Source: a virus
Taxonomy: Duplodnaviria; Caudoviricetes
Length of the DNA: 25,786 nt
Reading direction: 5' to 3' (one strand)
Virus record (IMG/VR): IMGVR_UViG_3300049141_000036
Location: 1-25,786 of that record
In this document: positions 25,252 through 25,786 of the stretch, in pieces
Layout: every line of letters begins with the position of its first letter
Numbering within the stretch: the stretch's first letter is position 1
Notes under the pieces: generated by a model
Database searches by the model: none
What the model saw: the letters and a program-made list of their open reading frames with translations, nothing else
What the model was told of the DNA's origin: nothing
Made by a program: the position numbers and the translations under genes

Positions 25252-25782
25252 TCACGCGGCCGTGGCGAGGGTCTGACGGCCCGTACGCTGCCGCTCCCGA
25301 CGTGCGGTCACTTCACGCGCCTCCGCGGCCCTACAGGCCCGGCAGGGCGCCTCACCGAGCAGCCGGTGGATTGCCGCGCCCTGGCACGTCCCGCCGGCCG
25401 CGTGTGCCCGCTCCAGCCGCTTTTGGCGGTCCAGGGTGAGCCGCTCCTCGTGCGCTGCCTGGCACACGTCGCACTCCTCACCGAGCCGGTAGTGCGCCTG
25501 GTACGCCGGCTCGTCCCCGCACGGGCGGCGGATGCGGCCCTCTTCGTCGAGCCATGACGAGCCGCGCCGGAGCGCCGCGCGCTCGCGGGTGGTGGTGCCG
25601 CCCCAGACGCCGATCTCGCTGCGGTCGAGGGCCCAGTCGAGGCAGGCGGTCCGGAGGGGGCAGGCGGCGCAGAGGGTCTTGGCCTGCTCTTGGTCGGTGG
25701 GGCGGGTGGAGTGGAAGAGGTCGGGGTCGGTCTGGGCGCAGAGGGCGGTGGCGGCGGTGAGGAACTCGGGGAGGGTCAGCAT
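25252..25782 (-). CDS. WhiB-family transcriptional regulator with a C-terminal Cys/His extension
   Basis: C-AQTDPDLF...AKTLCAACPLRTACLDWAL...GVWGGTT: four Cys plus the GVWGG turn. The start lies at the window edge. Confidence 0.92.
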   Translation of the reverse strand: MLTLPEFLTAATALCAQTDPDLFHSTRPTDQEQAKTLCAACPLRTACLDWALDRSEIGVWGGTTTRERAALRRGSSWLDEEGRIRRPCGDEPAYQAHYRLGEECDVCQAAHEERLTLDRQKRLERAHAAGGTCQGAAIHRLLGEAPCRACRAAEAREVTARRERQRTGRQTLATAA

Positions 25783-25786
25783 GGGG

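Overview
High-GC actinobacterial (Streptomyces-like) temperate siphovirus/prophage segment, almost all on the minus strand. Right to left: a WhiB-family gene and small early/middle ORFs (24294-25782); two adjacent accessory cassettes, each with a divergent small repressor and palindromic operators (23113-24275 and 20522-22832); a lipoprotein; then a complete morphogenesis operon (TerS, TerL, portal-MuF fusion, two inserted small genes, HK97-type protease and capsid, head-tail genes, major tail, frameshifted tail chaperones, tape measure, Dit and minor tail genes); a lysis cassette (amidase, holin, membrane protein, membrane-anchored collagen-like protein) closed by a terminator; then a HAD hydrolase converging on a partial gene. 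The most notable element is 23113-24275: a ribbon-helix-helix repressor with three GTGTACGTACAC-type operators sits divergent from a transcript built as ORF - type II hammerhead ribozyme - ORF - type II hammerhead ribozyme - ORF - D-armless tRNA-like structure. Both ribozymes have full catalytic cores and covarying pseudoknots. All calls come from reading the sequence by eye; no database searches were run.
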